Shown: piece by piece, positions 19,252-27,557 of the stretch
Layout: every line of letters starts with the position of its first letter
Position numbering within the stretch: position 1 is the first letter of the stretch
Assembly (NCBI RefSeq): GCF_900232105.1
Contig: NZ_LT934425.1
Location: 1,560,001 to 1,592,000, forward strand
Source: Candidatus Kuenenia stuttgartensis
Lineage (GTDB): Bacteria > Planctomycetota > Brocadiia > Brocadiales > Brocadiaceae
Reading direction: 5' to 3'
Length of the DNA: 32,000 nt
Notes under the pieces: model-generated
Seen by the model: the letters and a program-made list of their open reading frames with translations, nothing else
Told to the model about the DNA's origin: nothing
Databases searched by the model: none
Translations under genes and position numbers: made by a program

Positions 19252-20220
19252 TTATTGCCATGCAATTCTTTCCAACGACAGCGGGTGCCATTGTATAGAA
19301 ATGTTTTTTTGCCCGTTTCTATCTTCTCTATCACCATTCCACACTGCCATATTGAAGTAAGTGCTTTCCCCCGGCACAAACTGAACATCCAGAGGATCTC
19401 CCGTATTTAACGACCGGCAAAACACCACAGTCCATTTCTTGTTTTCAAATTTACTGCACCCATCCACGTCCTGATGATCCTGTGACGTTAATGTACCAAA
19501 ACCTTCAGCATTTAAATCTTCAACGGCTCTACCCCGAGGCAAAGAAAGCAAATTATGAGCAGCATACCCACCTGACAATTCAGCAGCACTCTGTATCACT
19601 CCTTTATGATAATTTACACTGTGCGGGTTAGTACTGAAATCATCGTGCATGTTAGGATATCTCGCCGGACATTCCTCTATGCCACCAGTAGCTAGCAAAT
19701 CTGCTTCCCAGTCAGCCTTCCAATGCCACAAATTTACAGGCTTTTGCCTATCGCCCATTCTAGGGCTGAATGGCTCTTCCGGACTTATCGTAATCTTCCC
19801 CAAGGGAAACATTAGTGCAGCCCCATCTCTAAACTCTTGAGTTGCGATAGCCTGTTTATTATCGGTGGCATCGTCCCATATCACCTGGAAATAAATCGTA
19901 ATTCCATCGTGAATAGCCTTTATCTCTGCAGAATTCACCGAGCCCCCTCCGTTGGGAAACGCCTTATCTTGCTTTTGTAATTTAACCTGTACCCCTTCGG
20001 CATTTTTAAACGCACCTTCCAAAGCACCAACGGTGATATGCGCGGGGACATCAATTTGCATATATTTCACGTTCAAAACTTCTTTTGCCGGCGTAAGCTC
20101 TTCTTCCGCCACGCCTTTTACCCCTTCCGCTTCCTCCGCGATACATAGCGCAACGCTCAAAAACAAACATCCCAGGAGGGCTACACTACTACTCCCCAAT
20201 AAGCGATAAAATTTTTTCAT
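19252..20220 (-). CDS. nxrC: NXR gamma subunit, heme-b-binding EbdC/DdhC/ClrC family, Sec signal
   Basis: 322 aa. The signal is MKKFYRLLGSSSVALLGCLFLSVALCIAEEA. There is no CxxCH. The blocks WDDATDN...FRDGAALMFP...PRMGD...VNLWHWKADW...AVWNGDREDRNGQK are shared with the C-terminal half of ORF 25052..26659. A strong SD (GGGAGGAG) precedes the start. Confidence 0.8.
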   Translation of the reverse strand: MKKFYRLLGSSSVALLGCLFLSVALCIAEEAEGVKGVAEEELTPAKEVLNVKYMQIDVPAHITVGALEGAFKNAEGVQVKLQKQDKAFPNGGGSVNSAEIKAIHDGITIYFQVIWDDATDNKQAIATQEFRDGAALMFPLGKITISPEEPFSPRMGDRQKPVNLWHWKADWEADLLATGGIEECPARYPNMHDDFSTNPHSVNYHKGVIQSAAELSGGYAAHNLLSLPRGRAVEDLNAEGFGTLTSQDHQDVDGCSKFENKKWTVVFCRSLNTGDPLDVQFVPGESTYFNMAVWNGDREDRNGQKNISIQWHPLSLERIAWQ

Positions 20221-20606
20221 CCCTCTCCTCCCTTAAATTTTTACAGACAATTAGAATTTGTCACAAAATGAATGCCATAATTTAAAATTGACTTCCTTAA
20301 AATTATGAATACTTACTTTCCTTCTTACCAACCTCCTTCCCGAAACACTACCCAAAAAAATACTCAGACAGTGCAAAATTTGTAAGTTTTATTCCATTAT
20401 ATTTCTAATTTTTTGGTTTTTAGAGAAAAATCGACGAATTCTTTACTCACAAGAAGACAAACTTGTCTGAAATATTTAATGCAACACTTAACAACAATGC
20501 AACTAATTTGAGAGCGCTATTGTAATAGGTATATACCTGTTTTTGTTAGCATAATACATTCTTACAACTCAAATCAAGGAAATGTTTTATTACAGACGCA
20601 TCCCAA

Positions 20607-21167
20607 CTACCGACCAGGACCATGGCTGCCTGGCTGATCAAATAGCCAATCCCTGTTTTTTTTATGACAAGCAAAACATGTTTTTTCTATAAGGTCAGCA
20701 AAAGCCTTTAACGTTTCCTCCTGACTCCCCTCCATTGCCATCTTTCTCACATTCAATGCTTTATAGACTATTCCACTTTGGAACAAAGCAAATTCCTCTC
20801 TAAGTTTTGTTATTTTTCCGGCGTCTTTAGGGTCAATACCCGCGCGTTCAAACCATTCGTTCTTTTTAGGATCAAACGGAAAGAAGAACTCACTTATTTT
20901 GTAACTTTGATCTACTACAGCGCCAGCCTCATTTGCCACATATTTCAAATTATTTTCCAGAATACCCGATAACATATTAGTCAGACGTTTTTCAATATCC
21001 TTCATCAACTCCTGCGTTGGCTCAATAACCCCTTCATGTTCAGCAGCTTTTCCGCTTGAACCCATAGCCTTGTGAGTAAACATGCTATTCCCAATACCTA
21101 ACATAATTAATGCCAACACGCCAAAAACAACATATTTCATTTTTATCATACCCATAAAATCCCACAC
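20607..21167 (-). CDS. Small secreted or anchored monoheme cytochrome c with CxxCH near the C-terminus (class-II / four-helix-bundle-like)
   Basis: 186 aa in the track. The hydrophobic N-terminus is MKYVVFGVLALIMLGIGNSMF, and a single CFACH lies 18 residues from the C-terminus (nt 20664-20678). The body looks helical. The track start is a GTG; ATGs at 21155, 21149 and 21140 are alternatives. From memory, this position corresponds to the Kuenenia gene reported as the NXR tubule-forming subunit (unverified). Confidence 0.6.
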   Translation of the reverse strand: MWDFMGMIKMKYVVFGVLALIMLGIGNSMFTHKAMGSSGKAAEHEGVIEPTQELMKDIEKRLTNMLSGILENNLKYVANEAGAVVDQSYKISEFFFPFDPKKNEWFERAGIDPKDAGKITKLREEFALFQSGIVYKALNVRKMAMEGSQEETLKAFADLIEKTCFACHKKNRDWLFDQPGSHGPGR

Positions 21168-21615
21168 CTTTCTTCGTAATTTTCACTAACAGAGAACTTT
21201 GCGCAAAAAAACCTTTCCTTAAACCAAAGCTAGAACTGCGCAAACTTCATTCCCTTTAAAAGATGTTCGCTTGACAACAAATAAAAACAAATTGTTACTC
21301 ATTTAATTACGCCATTATACAACATTACAAAACTACCCTTTTTTATACTGTCAATAAATGGACACCGTATCATAGTATTTCTATTTTGAAATCTATAATT
21401 CAAAAATGCAAACGAATGTCGCTTTCATATTTTGTATTTAGCATTTCGGATTTCGCAATTAAATATTAGGGCGTATTTTAGCCTATCGGCATCTGTATCA
21501 AAAAACGCTAGTAACGCATTGCCTGAACAGAACTAAAAGGAGCAACATGTGAAATGTTTTGTCTATTGTTATGGAAGGAAATCAACTGCGGCTGTACGAG
21601 GCTATGCCAGAAAAA

Positions 21616-22920
21616 TTAGTGCGAATGGGATAAATCTTTTCCCATATATTGAGATTTTACCTCATTCACTATTTCTTCCGTAATTTCCTTATAGCCTTTC
21701 TCATTGGCATATTTCTCTATTCTTTTCCTCACTATACCCCTGATAAAAGAAGGAATACGTTCGGTTTGTTCACGCGCCACATTCGTCCAAATTAAAGGCA
21801 GGCATTCCGTGGAAGAATCTTTTTCCTCATCCTCCCCCAAACCGGCTAAAACAGTTTTCAGTGTACGATCCTTTGCATCGCCAACAGTTTTTTCCGATAC
21901 CTCAACAGAACGTACTGTGGGATCTGCAACTGATGCTATGTTGCCTCCGGTTAACATAATATTGCACGGTGCAAGTCTTAGCAAGTTTTCGGCTGTACTA
22001 CCGATGTCTAAGCCATTTGTATTATGAATCCCTGTTTTTCCTACAACCAGCAGCGAAGGCTGTCCTTTTTTCAAGTACCGCAACACCTGGTCAAATGGTT
22101 TTCCGTCCAATAAGATGGAAGATATTGCTACGCCCTCTTTTTTTGCGATACAACATGCGTTATCAAGATGGCTTTGATAAATCTTAGCAAGTCCTTTATC
22201 TATTATTTCCTCATGAAGAGTTTCTTGTTCCTTAAATCTGAAAATTTTTCCGGCTTCTTCAGAAAGTACTTTTGCTATACTTTCAAATGCCACGCGGTGA
22301 TAATGAGGATCGTATATCGATATCGCATCGATCTTTAAATGAAATGACCTTGAAAAAGAAACTGCCGACTTAATCCCTTCTAACGATTGCATACTACCAT
22401 CGACCGCAACAACAAGACGCTCCCCCAACTCTCTTTTCTTTACCACGAGAACATCTGTTTTTAAGCGCCTTACAACACGTTCGCAAACACTTCCAATAAG
22501 ATTTTCATTGACAGAAGCAAGCCCTAGTGCCCCTATGATTACCAAATCATAACCACCGCGTCTTGCTTCCTTGATTATTTCACAATAATTTTTACCTTCC
22601 AGCAAAATGTCTTCATGTTCAACATTTGCGCTTCTGCATTTCTTCTTGAAGACATCAAGGTACGACTCTGAAATCATCTTCAAACCCTGGTTAATTAGTG
22701 ACGTATGTAATTCGCGCTGTCTTTGCAACTCTTTTTCATCCTGGTACTTTTCCGGCAATCCTTCCTCCATGTCACGAAAGCGCCTCTGGTGCAATGACGC
22801 GTCATAAACATGGCAACCTACCAGAAGTGAGCCGTATTTTAACGAGATCGCAATGCCTATATCGATACAATAATCAGAGTATATTGAATTATCTATCGGT
22901 ATTAATATCTTTTTATACAT
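21616..22920 (-). CDS. Cytoplasmic tandem universal-stress-protein (USP) domains plus a C-terminal PCP_red-like (ChlB/BchB C-terminal) domain
   Basis: 434 aa with no signal peptide. Both USP domains keep the ATP-binding G-x2-G-x9-G-[ST] motif (GALGLASVNENLIGS at 130-144; GKTGIHNTNGLDIGST at 294-309). The tail LIWTNVAREQTERIPSFIRGIVRKRIEKYANEKGYKEITEEIVNEVK resembles the W..A...L..IP.FVRG.VR...E..A.E.G...IT pattern of Pfam PCP_red, recalled from memory. Confidence 0.7.
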   Translation of the reverse strand: MYKKILIPIDNSIYSDYCIDIGIAISLKYGSLLVGCHVYDASLHQRRFRDMEEGLPEKYQDEKELQRQRELHTSLINQGLKMISESYLDVFKKKCRSANVEHEDILLEGKNYCEIIKEARRGGYDLVIIGALGLASVNENLIGSVCERVVRRLKTDVLVVKKRELGERLVVAVDGSMQSLEGIKSAVSFSRSFHLKIDAISIYDPHYHRVAFESIAKVLSEEAGKIFRFKEQETLHEEIIDKGLAKIYQSHLDNACCIAKKEGVAISSILLDGKPFDQVLRYLKKGQPSLLVVGKTGIHNTNGLDIGSTAENLLRLAPCNIMLTGGNIASVADPTVRSVEVSEKTVGDAKDRTLKTVLAGLGEDEEKDSSTECLPLIWTNVAREQTERIPSFIRGIVRKRIEKYANEKGYKEITEEIVNEVKSQYMGKDLSHSH

Positions 22921-22964
22921 AACTCTATTTCTTTAAATACAAATTAAAAAAAATTCTCTGCGAT

Positions 22965-23531
22965 TTAAACAGATTCGCTTTTCAACTTCTTCCACTCACT
23001 GATTGCGCCGCCAGCCAAAGCCACAGTGATTACCGCAATAAATAACCATCGAAATGCAGTTTTCAAATCAGCGGTCTTTCCTCCCTCAACAACAGATTCT
23101 TTCTCGGCTGCAGCAATTTTTATTGTTTTTTCAACAGAAAGCCCCTTAATAAAACCTGCCAGTTCTTTAATTCTGTTCTCGGTAAAGACATTTCCCCACG
23201 GCGGACAAAGATTGGATTTTCCAATGGAAGCCGTTCCACTGGTAATTGATTTGATTAAATCCGATTCCGGCCTCGTCGCCATGTACGCCGCATCCGTAAA
23301 ATTTCTTGGCTTAGGGTTCAAGTCTATCGTGTAAAAGGTACCCCGACCATCGCCGTTTTTTCCGTGACACGGCGAACAATAATACTCAAATGAAGCTTTT
23401 GCCGAAATCAAAAACTCTGTTTCCCTTGCAGAGGTTATCAATTCCTTCGCAAAACAGACACCGCCCGTCAAAAATAAAACAAACACCGGAATGATAAAAA
23501 CTCTCCCTTTTAAAAACAAAAAATGATTCAT
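22965..23531 (-). CDS. Monoheme cytochrome c with an N-terminal signal and a C-terminal TM anchor
   Basis: 188 aa. One CSPCHGKNGDG motif and a C-terminal hydrophobic helix (WLFIAVITVALAGGAISEW). The start is 2 nt after the upstream stop. Confidence 0.75.
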   Translation of the reverse strand: MNHFLFLKGRVFIIPVFVLFLTGGVCFAKELITSARETEFLISAKASFEYYCSPCHGKNGDGRGTFYTIDLNPKPRNFTDAAYMATRPESDLIKSITSGTASIGKSNLCPPWGNVFTENRIKELAGFIKGLSVEKTIKIAAAEKESVVEGGKTADLKTAFRWLFIAVITVALAGGAISEWKKLKSESV

Positions 23532-23533
23532 TG

Positions 23534-25036
23534 TTAATTTCCCTCTTTTCCCTTGACGTGATCAATCAAGAATCCAACCAACGACTTGATTTCCTGATCA
23601 GATAAAGCATAATTAGGTTCTATTGCCCTCGGATTCACCAATATCGGATTTTTCAAGTGATGAAACATATATGCAGGCTGCAACCGATCGCCAACGGTGC
23701 CCAGATTTGGCCCTACAACACCGCCACCCTTAGTTCCTTCTGCGTGACAGGCATTGCACCCTTTATCGTAAAACAAGTTCTTCCCTGCCTCAACTACCTC
23801 CTGAGATGGCTTTTCATTGTCAAAAATTCCCGAAGGAAGCTTCTTGTTTGTAAGATATTTTTCCATAAATTCAGTAGCAAAAGTGGCATCTTCTCCCGTC
23901 AAGTTAAATTTTGGCATCTGCTGGCTCAGAGGCCGTATAATATCAGGTGCCTTTAAAAATTCATTTTCCCAATCCATTTTCATCTTTGTTCCAGCTTCTG
24001 TAAGATTGGGAGCATAAGTACCCCCTTTTTTCTGAATGGTGTGGCAGGTTAAACATCTAATTTCATACAAAACCTTCTCAAATCCTTCAAGTTTTTCCCT
24101 ATTTCTCTCAACAACCGGCATTAACTCACTCAAGCCTTTTATATCGTGACAAACGAAACAACGCGATCTTTCAACAACCTCTTTTCCTTTTGATATAAGG
24201 GCGCTGTCACCTTTAATTGTACTGTATTCAGCATTAGTCAAAAACTTTGTTTCTTCGATAGTTTTCGGAGTGCCACCATCCTGTCCGTCTTCACCTTCGT
24301 CTTCGTATTCCTCTTCAGGCATAAACTGAGTGTCACGCATAACATACTCAACCAGTCCTCGTATTTCTTCATCTGAAAATCTGAACTGCGCCATCAGTGT
24401 ATCAGGAAAATGCATCTTTGTATTTGCAAGCCAGTCATACAACCAATCCCTGTTAACCTTTGTAACAATACTTCCTAAATCAGGCCCGACGCCAACGTTT
24501 CCACCAAGACCTTTAACCGGATGACAAATGGTACAACGCGCACGACCCCAAACCCCTTTTCCCATCTGAAATATTTGGTCCATTTTATCATATTCTTCGT
24601 CTGTCATATCGTCTTCGCGTTTTAACAAATATTCATCCCATTTAACCTTTGAAAGCCCATCATCTGCAATGCTCCCCAAATAAACAATCACCGCTTTAAT
24701 CTCGTCAAACTCAAGACCCAGGTCAGGCATCTTTGCATTTGATATGACCTCCTTTGGGTTGGCGATCCATCTAGATATCCATTCAATGTTTGCCTTATGC
24801 GTAACATTAGCAAGTATAGGCCCGTTTTTTACTCTTTTATATGGATCCTCAAGTTCAAACGGAAGAATAGACCATCCTTCAGGTATTTGGTATTTTTTAT
24901 CTATTTCCAAAAACATTGGTTCAATACTTCTTTCTTGCGCCAAAGCTATACCAATACCAACAAACAATGCAAAGCACAACAGTATCGCCGACACAATTAA
25001 TCTGTCACAAAATCCTGATATTAATTTTAACTGCAT
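23534..25036 (-). CDS. Membrane-anchored tetraheme cytochrome c
   Basis: 500 aa. The N-terminal TM is LIVSAILLCFALFVGIGIALA. Four CxxCH motifs are present: CTICH, CFVCH, CLTCH and CNACH. An acidic linker reads EEEYEDEGEDGQDGG. Confidence 0.8.
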   Translation of the reverse strand: MQLKLISGFCDRLIVSAILLCFALFVGIGIALAQERSIEPMFLEIDKKYQIPEGWSILPFELEDPYKRVKNGPILANVTHKANIEWISRWIANPKEVISNAKMPDLGLEFDEIKAVIVYLGSIADDGLSKVKWDEYLLKREDDMTDEEYDKMDQIFQMGKGVWGRARCTICHPVKGLGGNVGVGPDLGSIVTKVNRDWLYDWLANTKMHFPDTLMAQFRFSDEEIRGLVEYVMRDTQFMPEEEYEDEGEDGQDGGTPKTIEETKFLTNAEYSTIKGDSALISKGKEVVERSRCFVCHDIKGLSELMPVVERNREKLEGFEKVLYEIRCLTCHTIQKKGGTYAPNLTEAGTKMKMDWENEFLKAPDIIRPLSQQMPKFNLTGEDATFATEFMEKYLTNKKLPSGIFDNEKPSQEVVEAGKNLFYDKGCNACHAEGTKGGGVVGPNLGTVGDRLQPAYMFHHLKNPILVNPRAIEPNYALSDQEIKSLVGFLIDHVKGKEGN

Positions 25037-25051
25037 AAAAGCTCCTTGATA

Positions 25052-26659
25052 TTATTGATCCTCTTCTTCTGACTTAGGCGGAAACCTTCTTAATCGAGCA
25101 AGGAACCAAAGCTCTACACTCGCTCCCATAACAACAGCAACTAATACATAGACAAATACCGTTTTAGGCATTGGTTTTTCAAGTAAGATATAATACCATG
25201 ATGATACCGATTTTTGACTGCCCGCATCACCATTAGAACCATCCCACACTGCAAAGGCAATTGGTATCAGCTTACCTATCTCAAATTGTATATCCTTCTT
25301 CCCGTCCTCTGTCTTTAAAGGCCGTTTAAATACTACCTTCCACCGACCATTATCATGCAATCCTTCCCCCATGACATCCTGATTTTCCGGCGACTGTATA
25401 GAAATTTTCTTAAATCCCTTAGCATTTAGCTCTACGATCTCGCCTGGTTCATTTGCAGGCATTTCTGCTATTGAACCAAAACCTTCTTTCCAACAGGCCT
25501 TCCATTGCCACAGGTTGACCACCCCGCCGGAATCACCCATTCCAAAATAAGGTTTTTTTAGCGATTCGGGTATTTTTACGGGAAATTGCAACGAAACGGC
25601 ATCCCTGAAAATATCCTCCTGCAGGTTTGTACGATCATCCCATTCTACGAGAAAAGCAATCTCTCTATCATTGTATAGCCCCCGAATCATCATAGAATCG
25701 ATCGCAGGCTCCCACAACCGTGGATGTGCAACGATCTGCCCTGCTAATGGAATCTCCAGAGGCGCTGCTAATCCCCAAACTTCATCTGCAGGATGGTCAG
25801 GCAATTCACCTTCTTCCAAAAGCTTTACCTTTACAACAACATCAGAAGCCATTTTCTTTGACAGACTTTCCACATAGTGGGCCAAACTCCACCGTTCCTC
25901 ATCACTAAGCGTTTCTTTATAAGAACCCATCGGAGTCTCGTTAAATCCGGTAGAAATCGTCCGATAAATATCACCAGCCGTGCTCCCCCCTTTATAGTTC
26001 CACGATTGCGTCAAATCCCTCGCACGATAAGGCATGCCCCACTGCGTTTGCAAAGCAACCGTGAGCGGCCCATTACCCCGCCCTTCTTCCCCGTGACAAT
26101 TAAAACATTTCACTTGTTTAAATAGTTCTCGGCCTTTATCAATACTCTCCTGGGTAGCAACTGCGCTTTCGACACTCAACACTGCAGGAGCTGTTTCTTT
26201 CTTAAATTGTTCATTAAACGTCTTTATATAATAAATTACCTGCCATCTTTCCGCTTCGCTGATAGTACTCCAGAACGGCATCGCCGTTCCCTCTATACCG
26301 CTCGTTATGATACGAAAAAGATCTTCATCCGTCGGCACAGAACCAAATGGCGTGGACCTTACCTTAAACTCATTACGGGTAAAGTTCCGCGGTCTGGGAA
26401 ACATAGTTCTGGAAGATGGTCCATCACCGGTACCGGTTATACCGTGACAATACCAGCATCTTTTTTCGTAAACCTTTTTTCCTTCTGCTACCGCATTCTG
26501 GTCTTCCGGTAATTTTTGAGGCGTCTCACGTTTGTACGTTCTGAAAAAGTGAGAGGCTTGCGCCTCAACCATATCCGCTTTGCAAAAAGCCACAATACCA
26601 AAAGCAATCAAGCTAAAATTAATTACTTTACTTTTAAACAGTTTTATCATTGTAGTCAT
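25052..26659 (-). CDS. Fusion protein: diheme cytochrome c, an NxrC/EbdC-like heme-b domain and a C-terminal TM anchor
   Basis: 535 aa with a signal peptide. CWYCHGITGTGDG and CFNCHGEEGRGNG are followed by VEWDDRTN...FRDAVSLQFP...FGMGD...VNLWQWKACW...AVWDGSNGDAGSQK, which is block-for-block similar to NxrC (19252..20220). It ends in the TM helix VFVYVLVAVVMGASVELWFLA. Confidence 0.8.
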   Translation of the reverse strand: MTTMIKLFKSKVINFSLIAFGIVAFCKADMVEAQASHFFRTYKRETPQKLPEDQNAVAEGKKVYEKRCWYCHGITGTGDGPSSRTMFPRPRNFTRNEFKVRSTPFGSVPTDEDLFRIITSGIEGTAMPFWSTISEAERWQVIYYIKTFNEQFKKETAPAVLSVESAVATQESIDKGRELFKQVKCFNCHGEEGRGNGPLTVALQTQWGMPYRARDLTQSWNYKGGSTAGDIYRTISTGFNETPMGSYKETLSDEERWSLAHYVESLSKKMASDVVVKVKLLEEGELPDHPADEVWGLAAPLEIPLAGQIVAHPRLWEPAIDSMMIRGLYNDREIAFLVEWDDRTNLQEDIFRDAVSLQFPVKIPESLKKPYFGMGDSGGVVNLWQWKACWKEGFGSIAEMPANEPGEIVELNAKGFKKISIQSPENQDVMGEGLHDNGRWKVVFKRPLKTEDGKKDIQFEIGKLIPIAFAVWDGSNGDAGSQKSVSSWYYILLEKPMPKTVFVYVLVAVVMGASVELWFLARLRRFPPKSEEEDQ

Positions 26660-26736
26660 TAGCTCTTCATTAAAATTAACATTAATTTCAAATTTTTAAA
26701 TACCGACAAAGCTGGACGCCGCCAGACAAGGTTCTC

Positions 26737-27507
26737 TTATTCTGCTTTTTCTCTTTGCCGCGGCATCACACCTGCCGTATCGTATTCTCCCATGATAATC
26801 TTCCACATTTGCTCATCTTCCAAATCACCTTCCCATGCAGGCATTGCAGAGTCCCACGGTGTGGATTCTGAGGGGAGACCAGGACCTCCCTCCTTAATTC
26901 TCCAGAAAAGATAGTTGTCAACCACCGTTGCAATTGTACCAGGGTCCTGGAAATTAATTGGCCTCAGGCGAAAAGAATTCGCAAACGGCCCGTTGCCGTC
27001 GGCCTTTGAGCCATGGCATGGGCGGCAATACGCCTGAAAAAGCACCTTCCCTTCCTCAACACATCGCCTTTGAGTATCCGCATCTTTTCCTCTAAATGGA
27101 TTTTCAAGCTTCTCATATTTTTGCGGCAGGGTAGGGTGCTGAATTCTTAATTCAACGGGTGAAGCTGCTCCAGGCAGAGAATAAGAATAAACAAACCAAC
27201 CTACAACAAGCGGAAAGGCCATAAGAAATATTTTCTGCAAAAACATCTTAAGGAAGGCCCCTTTACCCGGCAATAAAAACCCTAAAAAATCGGCAAATTT
27301 CTGATTACTTGTCGTAGCGTAAACCAAACCTGCCAAAATCCCCATAATCAAGTACCATGTCATCAGCGTACTTGGAGTCGGCATAGGATGCCCTTTATCC
27401 ATTAATACCTGAAAAACCCACGGAGATACATATTTCAAGAATAAAAATAAAAATACGACTGCCGCAACAACCCAAAACATTAAATACGGACTTCGCTTAT
27501 TCCCCAT
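26737..27507 (-). CDS. Polytopic (about 3 TM) membrane protein with a C-terminal monoheme cytochrome c domain
   Basis: 256 aa. Hydrophobic segments are MFWVVAAVVFLFLFL, WYLIMGILAGLVYA and IFLMAFPLVVGWFVY, followed by CRPCHGSKADGNG. Confidence 0.75.
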   Translation of the reverse strand: MGNKRSPYLMFWVVAAVVFLFLFLKYVSPWVFQVLMDKGHPMPTPSTLMTWYLIMGILAGLVYATTSNQKFADFLGFLLPGKGAFLKMFLQKIFLMAFPLVVGWFVYSYSLPGAASPVELRIQHPTLPQKYEKLENPFRGKDADTQRRCVEEGKVLFQAYCRPCHGSKADGNGPFANSFRLRPINFQDPGTIATVVDNYLFWRIKEGGPGLPSESTPWDSAMPAWEGDLEDEQMWKIIMGEYDTAGVMPRQREKAE

Positions 27508-27557
27508 TAATAAACACTCCTAACGTTAACCATCGCCCTAACCATCTCAACCAAGAC

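Noticed and set aside
20527-20545. AGGTATATACCT followed by GTTTTT as a plus-strand terminator
   Set aside because: The palindrome leaves no loop, so the usable stem is only about 4 bp, and nothing is transcribed on the plus strand here. I kept it only as a possible protein-binding palindrome.
21220-21302. 27-codon minus-strand ORF (MSNNLFLFVVKRTSFKGNEVCAVLALV) just downstream of a TATAAT hexamer
   Set aside because: There is no RBS and no matching -35, and it is too short to support without conservation or expression data.
21547-21552. Plus-strand AAGGAG-4 nt-ATG-TGA 'start-stop' mini-ORF in the 448-bp spacer
   Set aside because: It is on the opposite strand to all flanking transcription, its SD spacing is too short, and it is likely chance in AT-rich DNA.
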